From assembly GCA_001029695.1 (NCBI GenBank), contig CP011211.1, positions 1,006,684 through 1,038,683 on the forward strand: a stretch of DNA of 32,000 nt. The letters are read 5' to 3'. The DNA is from Candidatus Saccharimonadota bacterium. Lineage in GTDB: Bacteria > Patescibacteriota > Saccharimonadia > Saccharimonadales > Saccharimonadaceae. The position numbers and the translations under genes were made by a program. Positions 18,524-26,202 of the stretch are shown here, piece by piece; within the stretch, counting starts at the first letter, position 1, and the number at the start of each line of letters is the position of its first letter. The notes under the pieces were generated by a model that was not told the DNA's origin, did not search any database, and saw only the letters and a list, made by a program, of their open reading frames with translations.

Positions 18524-20289
18524 GATGAATATAGCTCCGTCGGGTCTGTCGTGATGAGGGGATGTTCCTTTTCACTGGCCACCACCTTGACTGCGACGTG
18601 GTTTTGATCGGCAATCAGCAAGGCATCACCTCGTTCGCAGGTTAGTAGAAAGCTCTGCTCATATTCACTCAAATTAAACTCACTCACGACGCCTTTAATC
18701 GTCGTCGTATCTTGTCGCATAAGAATACGTAGCGCACTTTGTGAGGCAATGGCACGGCCGTAGTCACTCTTCAGAAAGTCGTTGGCTTGTTGCGAGATGA
18801 TTGATACACCAAGGTAGTATTTACGAGCGCGGCGCACCAGCCCAGCCACAAATCTCGCGGATTCTTCATGTTCAAGCAGTAGCCAGCCCTCATCTATGAT
18901 GAGAAGCCGTTTTTCGGGCTTGGCCATCACCTGATTTTTCACAAAGTTAGAAATAATCAGCATCATAATTTGGCGCATACTCTCTGGCAAGTCTTTGATA
19001 TCAAAGATAACGAGGCGGTTATCTAGCTCGATGTTGGTCTGCGAGTTAAATACCTCTGCCAACGAGCCAGAGATGTACCTTTCGAGTCGTTCACACAGTT
19101 TCATTTGCCCGAGGTCTTTTAGCTCGACATACAAATCTTCAAGTAATGACTGTTGATCTTTGGCTTTTTTGTAAATCTTGAGGATCGCCTTATCAACGGC
19201 GGCTTTTTCGCGTGATGACAAACCCTCTGCCATGAGGCCAATGACTTCGGTGAGGTCTTGGGTGTGTTCGGACAGGTCGTGTATCTTGTGGAATGTCGTA
19301 GCGAGATCGAATGGGTTAATCTTTTGTTTGCTCTTGGCCGAGAGTTTGATATACGTACCGCCAACCGACTCCGTCAGTCGCTTGTATTCTCGCTCTGGGT
19401 CGATGACGATGACGCGTGTACCCTGCATGAGCTGGCGCAGTATCTCAACCTTGGTGGTGTAGCTTTTGCCAGCACCAGACTGGGCGAACGTGATGGAATT
19501 GGCATTGTGGAGACTAAATCGATCAAGGATTACTAGCGAATTGTTTGATTTGTTGACACCATACAAAATACCACTCTCTTGCACGAGCTCAGACGACATG
19601 AATGGAAATGTGAGCGCTGCGCTAGAACTATCGAGGTTTCGTTTTTGCGCTAATTGATCTTCACCGCGCGGTAAGATTGACTGCAAGGCTTCGAGCTGTT
19701 GGTAGCGTGCGACTTTTGAGTAAAACAATCGTGCCGACATGGTGGCCTCAAGTAGCTTTGTAATCTTGTTTAGCTCTTCTAGTGTTTCGGCACGTAGGCT
19801 AATATAGATGGCCATTTGAAACAGCTTTTCTTGGCCACGCTGGATTTTGTCACGCAGCTCAATGGCTGATTCTAGTGGGTCGGTGATCTCCGACCCGACG
19901 ATCTTGCCAGCTCGCATCATCGCTCGCTTGGTACTCTCAAGCTCGGTAATCTTGCGGTGGAGTTTCGGTAGTGCCGACAAGGCACTGACTTCGTGTACGT
20001 GATAGCTGATGTCGGTATCGTGATTGAAATTGACAAGGCTATCCATCCAGCCAGAGTTAGCCACGAACGGATAGCCCGAGATGTAGAGCGTGCGCATATA
20101 CACACCGTCGATATGCAGATAATCGACATTTTCTTCTAGCCCAGCGTAAGACAAGATGTCGATGGCATCTTGCTCGCCAAACGTAATATCAAGTTCTTTC
20201 TGTCGATCAATCCGAGCCTGCTTGCGCCTTTGAGCTGGCGCGAGTAATTTTTGCTGGACGCTACTGAGCTTTTTTCGTACGTTTTGCAT
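18520..20289 (-). CDS. virB4: VirB4-type T4SS ATPase, C-terminal two-thirds including the ATPase domain
   Basis: Walker A FAQSGAGKSYT, Walker B LLIIDEGWLLL, and the upstream conserved block DGVYMRTLYISGYP typical of Gram-positive-type VirB4. It overlaps the upstream ORF by 29 nt in a different frame. Confidence 0.85.
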   Translation of the reverse strand: MQNVRKKLSSVQQKLLAPAQRRKQARIDRQKELDITFGEQDAIDILSYAGLEENVDYLHIDGVYMRTLYISGYPFVANSGWMDSLVNFNHDTDISYHVHEVSALSALPKLHRKITELESTKRAMMRAGKIVGSEITDPLESAIELRDKIQRGQEKLFQMAIYISLRAETLEELNKITKLLEATMSARLFYSKVARYQQLEALQSILPRGEDQLAQKRNLDSSSAALTFPFMSSELVQESGILYGVNKSNNSLVILDRFSLHNANSITFAQSGAGKSYTTKVEILRQLMQGTRVIVIDPEREYKRLTESVGGTYIKLSAKSKQKINPFDLATTFHKIHDLSEHTQDLTEVIGLMAEGLSSREKAAVDKAILKIYKKAKDQQSLLEDLYVELKDLGQMKLCERLERYISGSLAEVFNSQTNIELDNRLVIFDIKDLPESMRQIMMLIISNFVKNQVMAKPEKRLLIIDEGWLLLEHEESARFVAGLVRRARKYYLGVSIISQQANDFLKSDYGRAIASQSALRILMRQDTTTIKGVVSEFNLSEYEQSFLLTCERGDALLIADQNHVAVKVVASEKEHPLITTDPTELYSS

Positions 20290-20917
20290 GGTCTGCTCCT
20301 TTCTCGATGAGAGCGGTATGAATAATCTGCAAGGCCTGTTCGGTTAGCGGCTGCAACTTGGCCTGTGTCGGACTGTAAAAACTATAGAACAGGTCGAGGA
20401 CTTCGAGACTATCGAGCCGTTCGGCGTGCATACCGAGTCTGCTCATTCCCTTGATAATGATATCCATCTGTATCTTTAGCTGTTCGGACACGAGGTCAAA
20501 GTCTATTTTGCCGTGGACTTTATACGGCAAAACAATGTAGAAATGACGAGTCAGAATCTTGTTGTCAGTGATTAGCGAGCGGATAAACTCATCATAGTTT
20601 TGTAACTGGGTGCGATAGATCGGTACAGTTTCGCCGTCAAGCCGGTCTGCTAATTCTTCAAGGTATTTATCCATATCAATCTCACGTGTTCGGACAAGGA
20701 TTTGCAAGCTGGTTCCGACCGAGTTCAGAAAGCTCTCGTAGGTTTCGATGATGGCGTCTTGTTCGTATTCGCTACGTAGTTCAAAGTTGAGCGACGACAC
20801 TTGCAAGATTGCTCGGTACTCATTGTTCGGTAGCATCAAAATGCCATCGCGTACTCCCTTGAGTGCGATCTGATTACGTGAGCTGGTTTTATTCTTCGAT
20901 TTCCGTAAGCCTAACAT
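20261..20917 (-). CDS. virB4: VirB4 N-terminal domain encoded as a separate ORF (split gene or frameshift)
   Basis: GVRDGILMLPNNEYRAILQVSSLNFELRSEYEQDAIIETYESFLNS matches the N-terminal block of Gram-positive VirB4 proteins. I prefer the ATG at 20917 (GGAGG 5 nt upstream) over the track start at 20980. The ORF ends inside an A6 run shared with the next ORF. Confidence 0.7.
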   Translation of the reverse strand: MLGLRKSKNKTSSRNQIALKGVRDGILMLPNNEYRAILQVSSLNFELRSEYEQDAIIETYESFLNSVGTSLQILVRTREIDMDKYLEELADRLDGETVPIYRTQLQNYDEFIRSLITDNKILTRHFYIVLPYKVHGKIDFDLVSEQLKIQMDIIIKGMSRLGMHAERLDSLEVLDLFYSFYSPTQAKLQPLTEQALQIIHTALIEKGADHAKRTKKAQ

Positions 20918-21398
20918 GCAGGCCTCCTTTCTTTCCGGTTTCAAAACGGACTTTTGCGGCTGGGTTCTCAATCGTGGCAAGGACTCTGGCGGTCGTCGGT
21001 ATATCGAGCTGATTGCGCGATACTTGCTTAGTGACGACGGTGACGGTTTTTTCTGGCTGTTCTTGGTCTTTTCGTGCCGGGTAGTTTTCTCGCAGTGTGC
21101 TGACGTTTTTGTTAAACAGATAGTATTTCGGGCGAAGATTGTAGCGAAGTATGGTGACGAGCCAAAACGCCACCAGCTTACCCTTGATACGGATTGCTAG
21201 AATACAGAAGATCATCCCTACTACACCCATGATGACGTACTTGTAGATTGCACTGCCTATGAATGGCGGCAGCGCCACAAAGATGCCAGCTGCCGCAAAT
21301 ACTGGCACGATGAGTAGTAAGATTTGCGAAAAGCCAAGGTTGCCAATAATACGATCTTCGACAGTGGTGACTTGTGCTGGCACAACGGTCATTTTCAT
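20889..21398 (-). CDS. PrgI/TcpE-like small membrane protein (VirB3 analogue)
   Basis: EDRIIGNLGFSQILLLIVPVF followed by a second TM helix. It sits immediately upstream of VirB4, as in Gram-positive T4SS loci. Its start overlaps the upstream stop as ATGA. Confidence 0.65.
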   Translation of the reverse strand: MKMTVVPAQVTTVEDRIIGNLGFSQILLLIVPVFAAAGIFVALPPFIGSAIYKYVIMGVVGMIFCILAIRIKGKLVAFWLVTILRYNLRPKYYLFNKNVSTLRENYPARKDQEQPEKTVTVVTKQVSRNQLDIPTTARVLATIENPAAKVRFETGKKGGLHVRLTEIEE

Positions 21399-22894
21399 AG
21401 CGTCTTATCCTTACTGGTATTCTTCGGCAGAGTCGAGGGCGCAGGCACACGAGTAACTGTCACTTTGGGCGCTTCGTAGGTCGTGCCAGTTGGCTTGCTC
21501 TTTGGCGTCGGCGTTGCGGAATGGGTAATCTCGGCCGTACCTTTCTTGTTTGCATAACTAATACTTTGTGTTTTGCCGCTGCGGACTGCGTGCGATTCGA
21601 CACTTCTCATGGCTCGTGTTTTCTTGGCACTATCTGTTTTGGAGCTAATTGCACTGGTGGCCGCTTTTGTCTTGCCAGTCATATAGCTGACGCCGTTGAT
21701 GAACTGACCGCCGAGCTTCCTCATGTTGCGCGTCCCCATACTGACATAACTAAATTGCATCATGACGCTCTGCGTCTTGAGTAGCAGCAGAATGGTGGCA
21801 ATGCCCGTCACCATCGCCATCAATGTGTCGGGTACGGCGTTCTCGCCTGAAGCTGTCGCCATACCAGTGAATAACGAGGCCGACAGCTGGAGTATTACTA
21901 CATGGACGAATAGTACGAAGATCGTTGTCAGATAAGTCTTAAAGGTGGTTTCGGCAAAATCACGACAGCCCGGAATCAGCCAAACGAGACTAATCAATGG
22001 CGCGAGAACTGCGCCGATGTAGAGCGTCACCAGACGCATGACGTAGTAGACGAGTAGCACGATCGAACAGATGACAAATCCAACCATGATTAGCAGTGCC
22101 GCAACACCCAGGCCAGAAGTTTCCTCGACCACTTTCATCAGAGTATCCCAGACTGACGACGAGCCAGAGATTAACCCGACAGCCTTGATGAGTGCATTAG
22201 ACAGTGCAATAATACCGTCAATCAAGAAGATCGAGCTATTCATCAGAACGAATATTATCGCTACTCTGGGGAAAAGGTGCTTTGGCTCAACTTCATCGAA
22301 GCCTAGTGCTGACGCACTCATGACATGAAAGCCAATCAGCACCAAGACAAGGATAAATAGCACGTTGCCTATGCCAACCATTGCCAGCCAGAAGTTAAAT
22401 ACTGTCTGATTACTGGCCATTGTCGGCGTGGAGGTAGTAAAGAAATCTAGTGCATCGAGAAATGGCTTGGCGACAGCATTGATAATCTGCCCCAACAGAC
22501 CTGTGACGGCTTTAATAATCATATCCAGCAGGCCGTTACTTTGCTCCTCTTCTTTGATCGCCTCTAGGCTCGGAAGCGTAGCGTTGCCAGAGTTCGTTGG
22601 CGTGCCATAGGAGTTCGTTAGGATAGTCGTCAGTGTGATGGCCGCCAGCACAATAAGAAGGCCGAGCAGAGCTTTTTTGAGTATCTCTTTGGCGTGTTCC
22701 ATCTGGTCGGGTTTGCCGCTGCTGGTGATATACAGATAGCCAGATTGCACGATAAAGAACACGCAAGCTAATCCTGCTAATCCAGACAAAATCCGCACGA
22801 CAGGCATGACATACTCACGCATCGAGGTGATCGCCGTCGAAGTATCAGCGAAGAATGTTAGCCCTGATAGTAGGGTGTTCTCAAGCCCCCACAT
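21395..22894 (-). CDS. Polytopic VirB6-like T4SS membrane protein with an N-terminal pilin-like module
   Basis: At least 7 hydrophobic helices. Residues from about 30 to 95 (VVRILSGLAGLACVFFIVQSGYLYITSSGKPDQMEHAKEILKKALLGLLIVLAA) are clearly paralogous to the adjacent pilin. The C-terminal tail is basic and disordered. Confidence 0.7.
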   Translation of the reverse strand: MWGLENTLLSGLTFFADTSTAITSMREYVMPVVRILSGLAGLACVFFIVQSGYLYITSSGKPDQMEHAKEILKKALLGLLIVLAAITLTTILTNSYGTPTNSGNATLPSLEAIKEEEQSNGLLDMIIKAVTGLLGQIINAVAKPFLDALDFFTTSTPTMASNQTVFNFWLAMVGIGNVLFILVLVLIGFHVMSASALGFDEVEPKHLFPRVAIIFVLMNSSIFLIDGIIALSNALIKAVGLISGSSSVWDTLMKVVEETSGLGVAALLIMVGFVICSIVLLVYYVMRLVTLYIGAVLAPLISLVWLIPGCRDFAETTFKTYLTTIFVLFVHVVILQLSASLFTGMATASGENAVPDTLMAMVTGIATILLLLKTQSVMMQFSYVSMGTRNMRKLGGQFINGVSYMTGKTKAATSAISSKTDSAKKTRAMRSVESHAVRSGKTQSISYANKKGTAEITHSATPTPKSKPTGTTYEAPKVTVTRVPAPSTLPKNTSKDKTL

Positions 22895-22903
22895 AGCAGC
22901 TTG

Positions 22904-23245
22904 TTACCCTCCAAACGCCTGTTTTGCGATGGTAGTAACGATCTGTGCCAGCACGAACGCTGCAATGACAATGGCCAGACCAATCGCCGACCACGTCAGC
23001 GTGCGCTTTGCTTTGTCGAGCTGTTCTGGGTTGCCCGAGCTGGTGATGTAGGTGAATCCACCGACAACAAAGAAGCCGGTCGCAACGAGACCAGCCAAGC
23101 CCGCAAGGACGGTAATGACATTTCTAATAAAGCTCTCTACGTTACTCACGCCAGCCGTTTGTGCAAACGCTGGCTCCGCCAAAAATAACGGCAGCCCAAT
23201 CGCGACGAATGCTGCTATAAAATAGTATGTCTTTTTCATTCCCAT
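22904..23245 (-). CDS. T4SS pilin-like protein (VirB2/TrbC analogue)
   Basis: The signal peptide ends AFA|Q. It is followed by two hydrophobic helices flanking YITSSGNPEQLDKAKRTL. The protein is 113 aa and is the first gene of the T4SS operon. Confidence 0.7.
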   Translation of the reverse strand: MGMKKTYYFIAAFVAIGLPLFLAEPAFAQTAGVSNVESFIRNVITVLAGLAGLVATGFFVVGGFTYITSSGNPEQLDKAKRTLTWSAIGLAIVIAAFVLAQIVTTIAKQAFGG

Positions 23246-23366
23246 TCCATTCCCCCAGAGTTATTAACGTATCGGTAATCCCACCATGAGAGCAGCGTAA
23301 CAGCGTACCGTCCTTGGCTCTCCCACTTGTCATCAAAATATCAGAGGTAGACTATAGCTACAAGAC

Positions 23367-23420
23367 GGTACTTCAGGGGTACTATGGCACTTTCGTAATA
23401 GTAACGTACCCCGAAGTACC
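23367..23420. promoter_or_regulatory. Imperfect 15/16-bp inverted repeat in the T4SS upstream region
   Basis: ggtacttcaggggtac (23367..23382) and gtaccccgaagtacc (23406..23420) are reverse complements apart from one bulged A. They are separated by a 23-nt spacer and lie 120-175 nt upstream of the pilin ATG. Confidence 0.4.
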
Positions 23421-23541
23421 TGTATTTTATAGAGGCGAATCTCGCAGAATGTTATACCCTTGTGGCTATATAACGTGCATGAAAAATGTCGTAACAAGCA
23501 AACTATATTTCCTACACCTCGTTATGCGGTAAAATAGGTGC

Positions 23542-23853
23542 ATGAACAATCAGCTGAGATCAGAAAAAGTTGTCGTATCTGCGCCGTTCTCCTTTGCGGG
23601 ATCAACACAGCGCATCTGGAAAATGACGAACGTCGATAATGTTATTCTCAAACTATTTCTCATGCCGCTTGCCATCATAGTTATCGTGTTCGCTTGGATG
23701 TTTGTAGTGTGCTGGTACTTTGTTATCTATGTGCTATTCGGGCTTTGGTTTATACCATACCGGCTTCTGCGACGAGGTAGCCGCAAGCGCAAACAAGAGA
23801 AGCTTCGTCACCAGGAAGTGCTAGATGCCATTGAGCAGCGTAGGCAGCTATAA
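23542..23853 (+). CDS. Hypothetical 2-TM membrane protein with a basic C-terminal tail
   Basis: Hydrophobic helices LFLMPLAIIVIVFAWMFVV and WYFVIYVLFGLWFI, then RLLRRGSRKRKQEK. The gene is divergent from the T4SS operon. TAAAAT (23530..23535) ends 6 nt before the ATG. Confidence 0.6.
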   Translation: MNNQLRSEKVVVSAPFSFAGSTQRIWKMTNVDNVILKLFLMPLAIIVIVFAWMFVVCWYFVIYVLFGLWFIPYRLLRRGSRKRKQEKLRHQEVLDAIEQRRQL

Positions 23854-23860
23854 AACAAGC

Positions 23861-23881
23861 CACCCTCGACGAGCGAGGGTG
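23861..23881. terminator. Bidirectional rho-independent terminator
   Basis: caccctcg-acgag-cgagggtg is an 8-bp GC-rich stem. It lies between convergent genes, with T-rich tracts on both sides. Confidence 0.7.
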
Positions 23882-23925
23882 TGACTTCGCCTTTTCTTGC
23901 AGAAAAACCAAAGTAATAGATAGGG

Positions 23926-24282
23926 CTAGGCGCGTCTTTGCTGGTCGTAGAACCTTCGCGCTTTACGCATATTGTCGTGATGAGTATCGAACCAAGTCGC
24001 AAACTCGGTTGAGAGTTTCAGTAAACCTAGGCCTGCAATTGTAAGTGTGTATTCTACATGAGGAGGTATGGTTGGATATACAGAGCGTTCAATAATACCA
24101 GTGCGCTCCATCTCTCGTAGTGTCTCGGTGAGAACCTTTTGAGTAACACCGGGGAGCTGTCTTGAAAGTTCAGAATGCCTTTTCGTGTCTCGGCCTAGCA
24201 CTCCGACGATATGGAGTGTCCATTTGCGCGATAAAAGGCCAGCTGCGTGATCTCGCAACTGTCGCCGTGCTCGTGTAGCCAT
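23926..24282 (-). CDS. HxlR-family winged-helix transcriptional regulator
   Basis: LLSRKWTLHIVGVLGRDTKRHSELSRQLPGVTQKVLTETLREMERTGIIERSVYPTIPPHVEYTLT. I prefer the ATG at 24282 (MATRARR, GGAGG 7 nt upstream) over the track start at 24312. Confidence 0.85.
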   Translation of the reverse strand: MATRARRQLRDHAAGLLSRKWTLHIVGVLGRDTKRHSELSRQLPGVTQKVLTETLREMERTGIIERSVYPTIPPHVEYTLTIAGLGLLKLSTEFATWFDTHHDNMRKARRFYDQQRRA

Positions 24283-24361
24283 TGGAAAACCTCCTCTGGC
24301 GGCATCGTTCAAACGCTAGGAGGGTCAAAACTATCTCGTTGAAGACCGATTACCTGCCTAT

Positions 24362-24397
24362 CAAAAAGCACTCCAAAGGGCTCACCCTCGAAGTGCT
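24362..24397 (-). terminator. Rho-independent terminator after the cytochrome-b5-like gene
   Basis: The minus strand reads AGCACTTCGAGGGTGAGCCCTTTGGAGTGCT, a nested stem, followed by TTTTTGATA. Confidence 0.7.
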
Positions 24398-24469
24398 GCA
24401 TTTCTAAACACAAGACCCTTCAAAATAATGTAGCACATAAAACATCAGATGGTCAATATCCCAACCCCT

Positions 24470-24877
24470 CTACTTTGCAAGAGTTCCTAGCTTCAGTTGG
24501 TCAAGTTGTTCCTGAGCTACTTGACTATGCGGTGTACCCGAACCAATAGGCTGCCCATCTTCAGTAGTGCGAGAAGTAAATAAAGTTGTCGCATCTATCC
24601 CGCAAGCACGAACTACCTCATTGCCACCTGGATGACGATTTACAAAATCGGTAAGTTCGTACACTTGCCCTGAAATAACTGTCCAGCAGTCTGTTTTTGA
24701 GTTATGGGTGGCTATTTCGGCCATGGTGAACGTTTTGTTTTGTTGATTAGCAGTTGTGTCTTGCGTCGCTTTGGGCTTCTGATTATTCGAGCGATTCGTC
24801 AGTGTCCATACACCTGCTCCTATAAGAGCGAGTAGTAAGAGGGTGATCGTAATGAGTATGATTGTGTTTTTCTTCAT
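24470..24877 (-). CDS. Membrane-anchored cytochrome b5-like heme/steroid-binding-domain protein
   Basis: The N-terminal anchor is IILITITLLLLALIGAGVW. It is followed by FTMAEIATHNSKTDCWTVISGQVYELTDFVNRHPGGNEVVRACGIDATTLF, which contains the HPGG motif. Confidence 0.8.
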   Translation of the reverse strand: MKKNTIILITITLLLLALIGAGVWTLTNRSNNQKPKATQDTTANQQNKTFTMAEIATHNSKTDCWTVISGQVYELTDFVNRHPGGNEVVRACGIDATTLFTSRTTEDGQPIGSGTPHSQVAQEQLDQLKLGTLAK

Positions 24878-24915
24878 AACTAGTATTATCCTTTCTCCAG
24901 TATAATGAGGGTGTA

Positions 24916-25542
24916 GTGTATTATTTGATTAAACGTTATCGCACCTGGATTTTATTTGGAACAGTATCTACTGTAAGCATCGCTTTATGGCTCATGACAC
25001 TATCCGGGAGTGTTTCATCGATGTACCAATTCTTTCCTATACTCGGGGTTCTTGCATGGACAACGATGTGGGTTCACTATGTCGCAAGTTCTATCGGCAA
25101 ACCTGCTAATAGCAAGCGATTCGCAACGTGGACTGGACATATAGTTCTATTGTTCATAGTGATACATCCCAGTATTTTTTTGGTGCAACGCTTCCTCGAC
25201 ACCGGCTTACTCCCTCCAGAAAGCTACATCAGCTACGTTGGCTCCTATCGCGCATGGGCAGTGGCAATCGCGATAGCTGCGCTGGCAACGTTCTTGCTCT
25301 ATGATGTCCTAAAACATTTCCGTAGTAAGCGTATCGTACATGACATATGGTCGTATGTTGGTCTACTTCAAGCCTGTGCTATGGCGGCAATTTTTATACA
25401 CGGCTTAATACTTGGAATAAGTATGATCAGCGGCTACTTCATGCTGTGGTGGACATTCTTAGGGATATTGCTTGCTCCATGTCTTGTATTGCAAGTCGTT
25501 CGTGATTTTAAAGTATCCGATCGAACAAAAACAGAAGTTTAA
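24916..25542 (+). CDS. Polytopic membrane protein with 5-6 TM helices and several intramembrane His residues; function unknown
   Basis: The hydrophobic helices contain WVHY, GHIVLLFIVIHP and IFIHGL. It begins with a GTG and the exact start is uncertain. It is convergent with the last DUF305 gene, and their stop codons overlap. Confidence 0.6.
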   Translation: MYYLIKRYRTWILFGTVSTVSIALWLMTLSGSVSSMYQFFPILGVLAWTTMWVHYVASSIGKPANSKRFATWTGHIVLLFIVIHPSIFLVQRFLDTGLLPPESYISYVGSYRAWAVAIAIAALATFLLYDVLKHFRSKRIVHDIWSYVGLLQACAMAAIFIHGLILGISMISGYFMLWWTFLGILLAPCLVLQVVRDFKVSDRTKTEV

Positions 25543-26192
25543 TAACCCCAGTCTTTTTGCCACTGCTTCATCTGCTCGATTTCTATTGTCTGCGCGCTAA
25601 TAACGGCACTGGCGAGGTCTTTTATCTCTTGGTGTTTTGCATTGGTCGCGGCATATTGAGACATTTCAACTGCTTGCTCGTGGTGAAGAATCATTTGCTT
25701 CAGAAACTCTTTATCGTATGCTTCACCTTTTAAGCCTTGTAATTTGTTTTGCATCTCTATCATATCTCCGCCCATGTCCATGTCAGCACCGCCATGGCTA
25801 CCATGACCACCACTCATCGTTTCTTTATAGCTCCATGCTTTTTGCCATGCTCGCATTTGCATGATCTCTGCACTCTGACTCTGCACGATATTGCTCGCGA
25901 GTGTGCGAATCTCATCATGGGCAGTAACTGCCATTGCTTGTTCTGACATGTTCAGAGCACCTTCATGGTGAGCAAGCATGTCGGCAATGTACGCCTCATC
26001 AAATGCGTCTCCTTTTAAGTTTGCATATTTATTATCGCTTGCGGGTTTTTGTTTCTTTTCATCTGCTGTCGTGTTGCTTGTCTGTAGCGCCCCTTCAGGT
26101 ACTGGTTTTACTGAAAAGACTACAAAATACCAAACGGCAGCTGCGGCAATCGCAAGTACGACAATCACAGTGATAAATATTTTATTCTTCAT
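25539..26192 (-). CDS. DUF305-family protein with two repeats and a signal anchor
   Basis: DEAYIADMLAHHEGALNM and DKEFLKQMILHHEQAVEM, each followed by I(E/M)QM..WQK.WGY. An N-terminal TM helix is present. Confidence 0.85.
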   Translation of the reverse strand: MKNKIFITVIVVLAIAAAAVWYFVVFSVKPVPEGALQTSNTTADEKKQKPASDNKYANLKGDAFDEAYIADMLAHHEGALNMSEQAMAVTAHDEIRTLASNIVQSQSAEIMQMRAWQKAWSYKETMSGGHGSHGGADMDMGGDMIEMQNKLQGLKGEAYDKEFLKQMILHHEQAVEMSQYAATNAKHQEIKDLASAVISAQTIEIEQMKQWQKDWGY

Positions 26193-26202
26193 ATAACCTC
26201 AT

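Noticed and set aside
20918-20980. Longer N-terminus (MPRLRTQPQK..) for the VirB4 N-terminal ORF
   Set aside because: This start lies 92 nt inside the PrgI-like gene. The ATG at 20917 has a GGAGG at ideal spacing.
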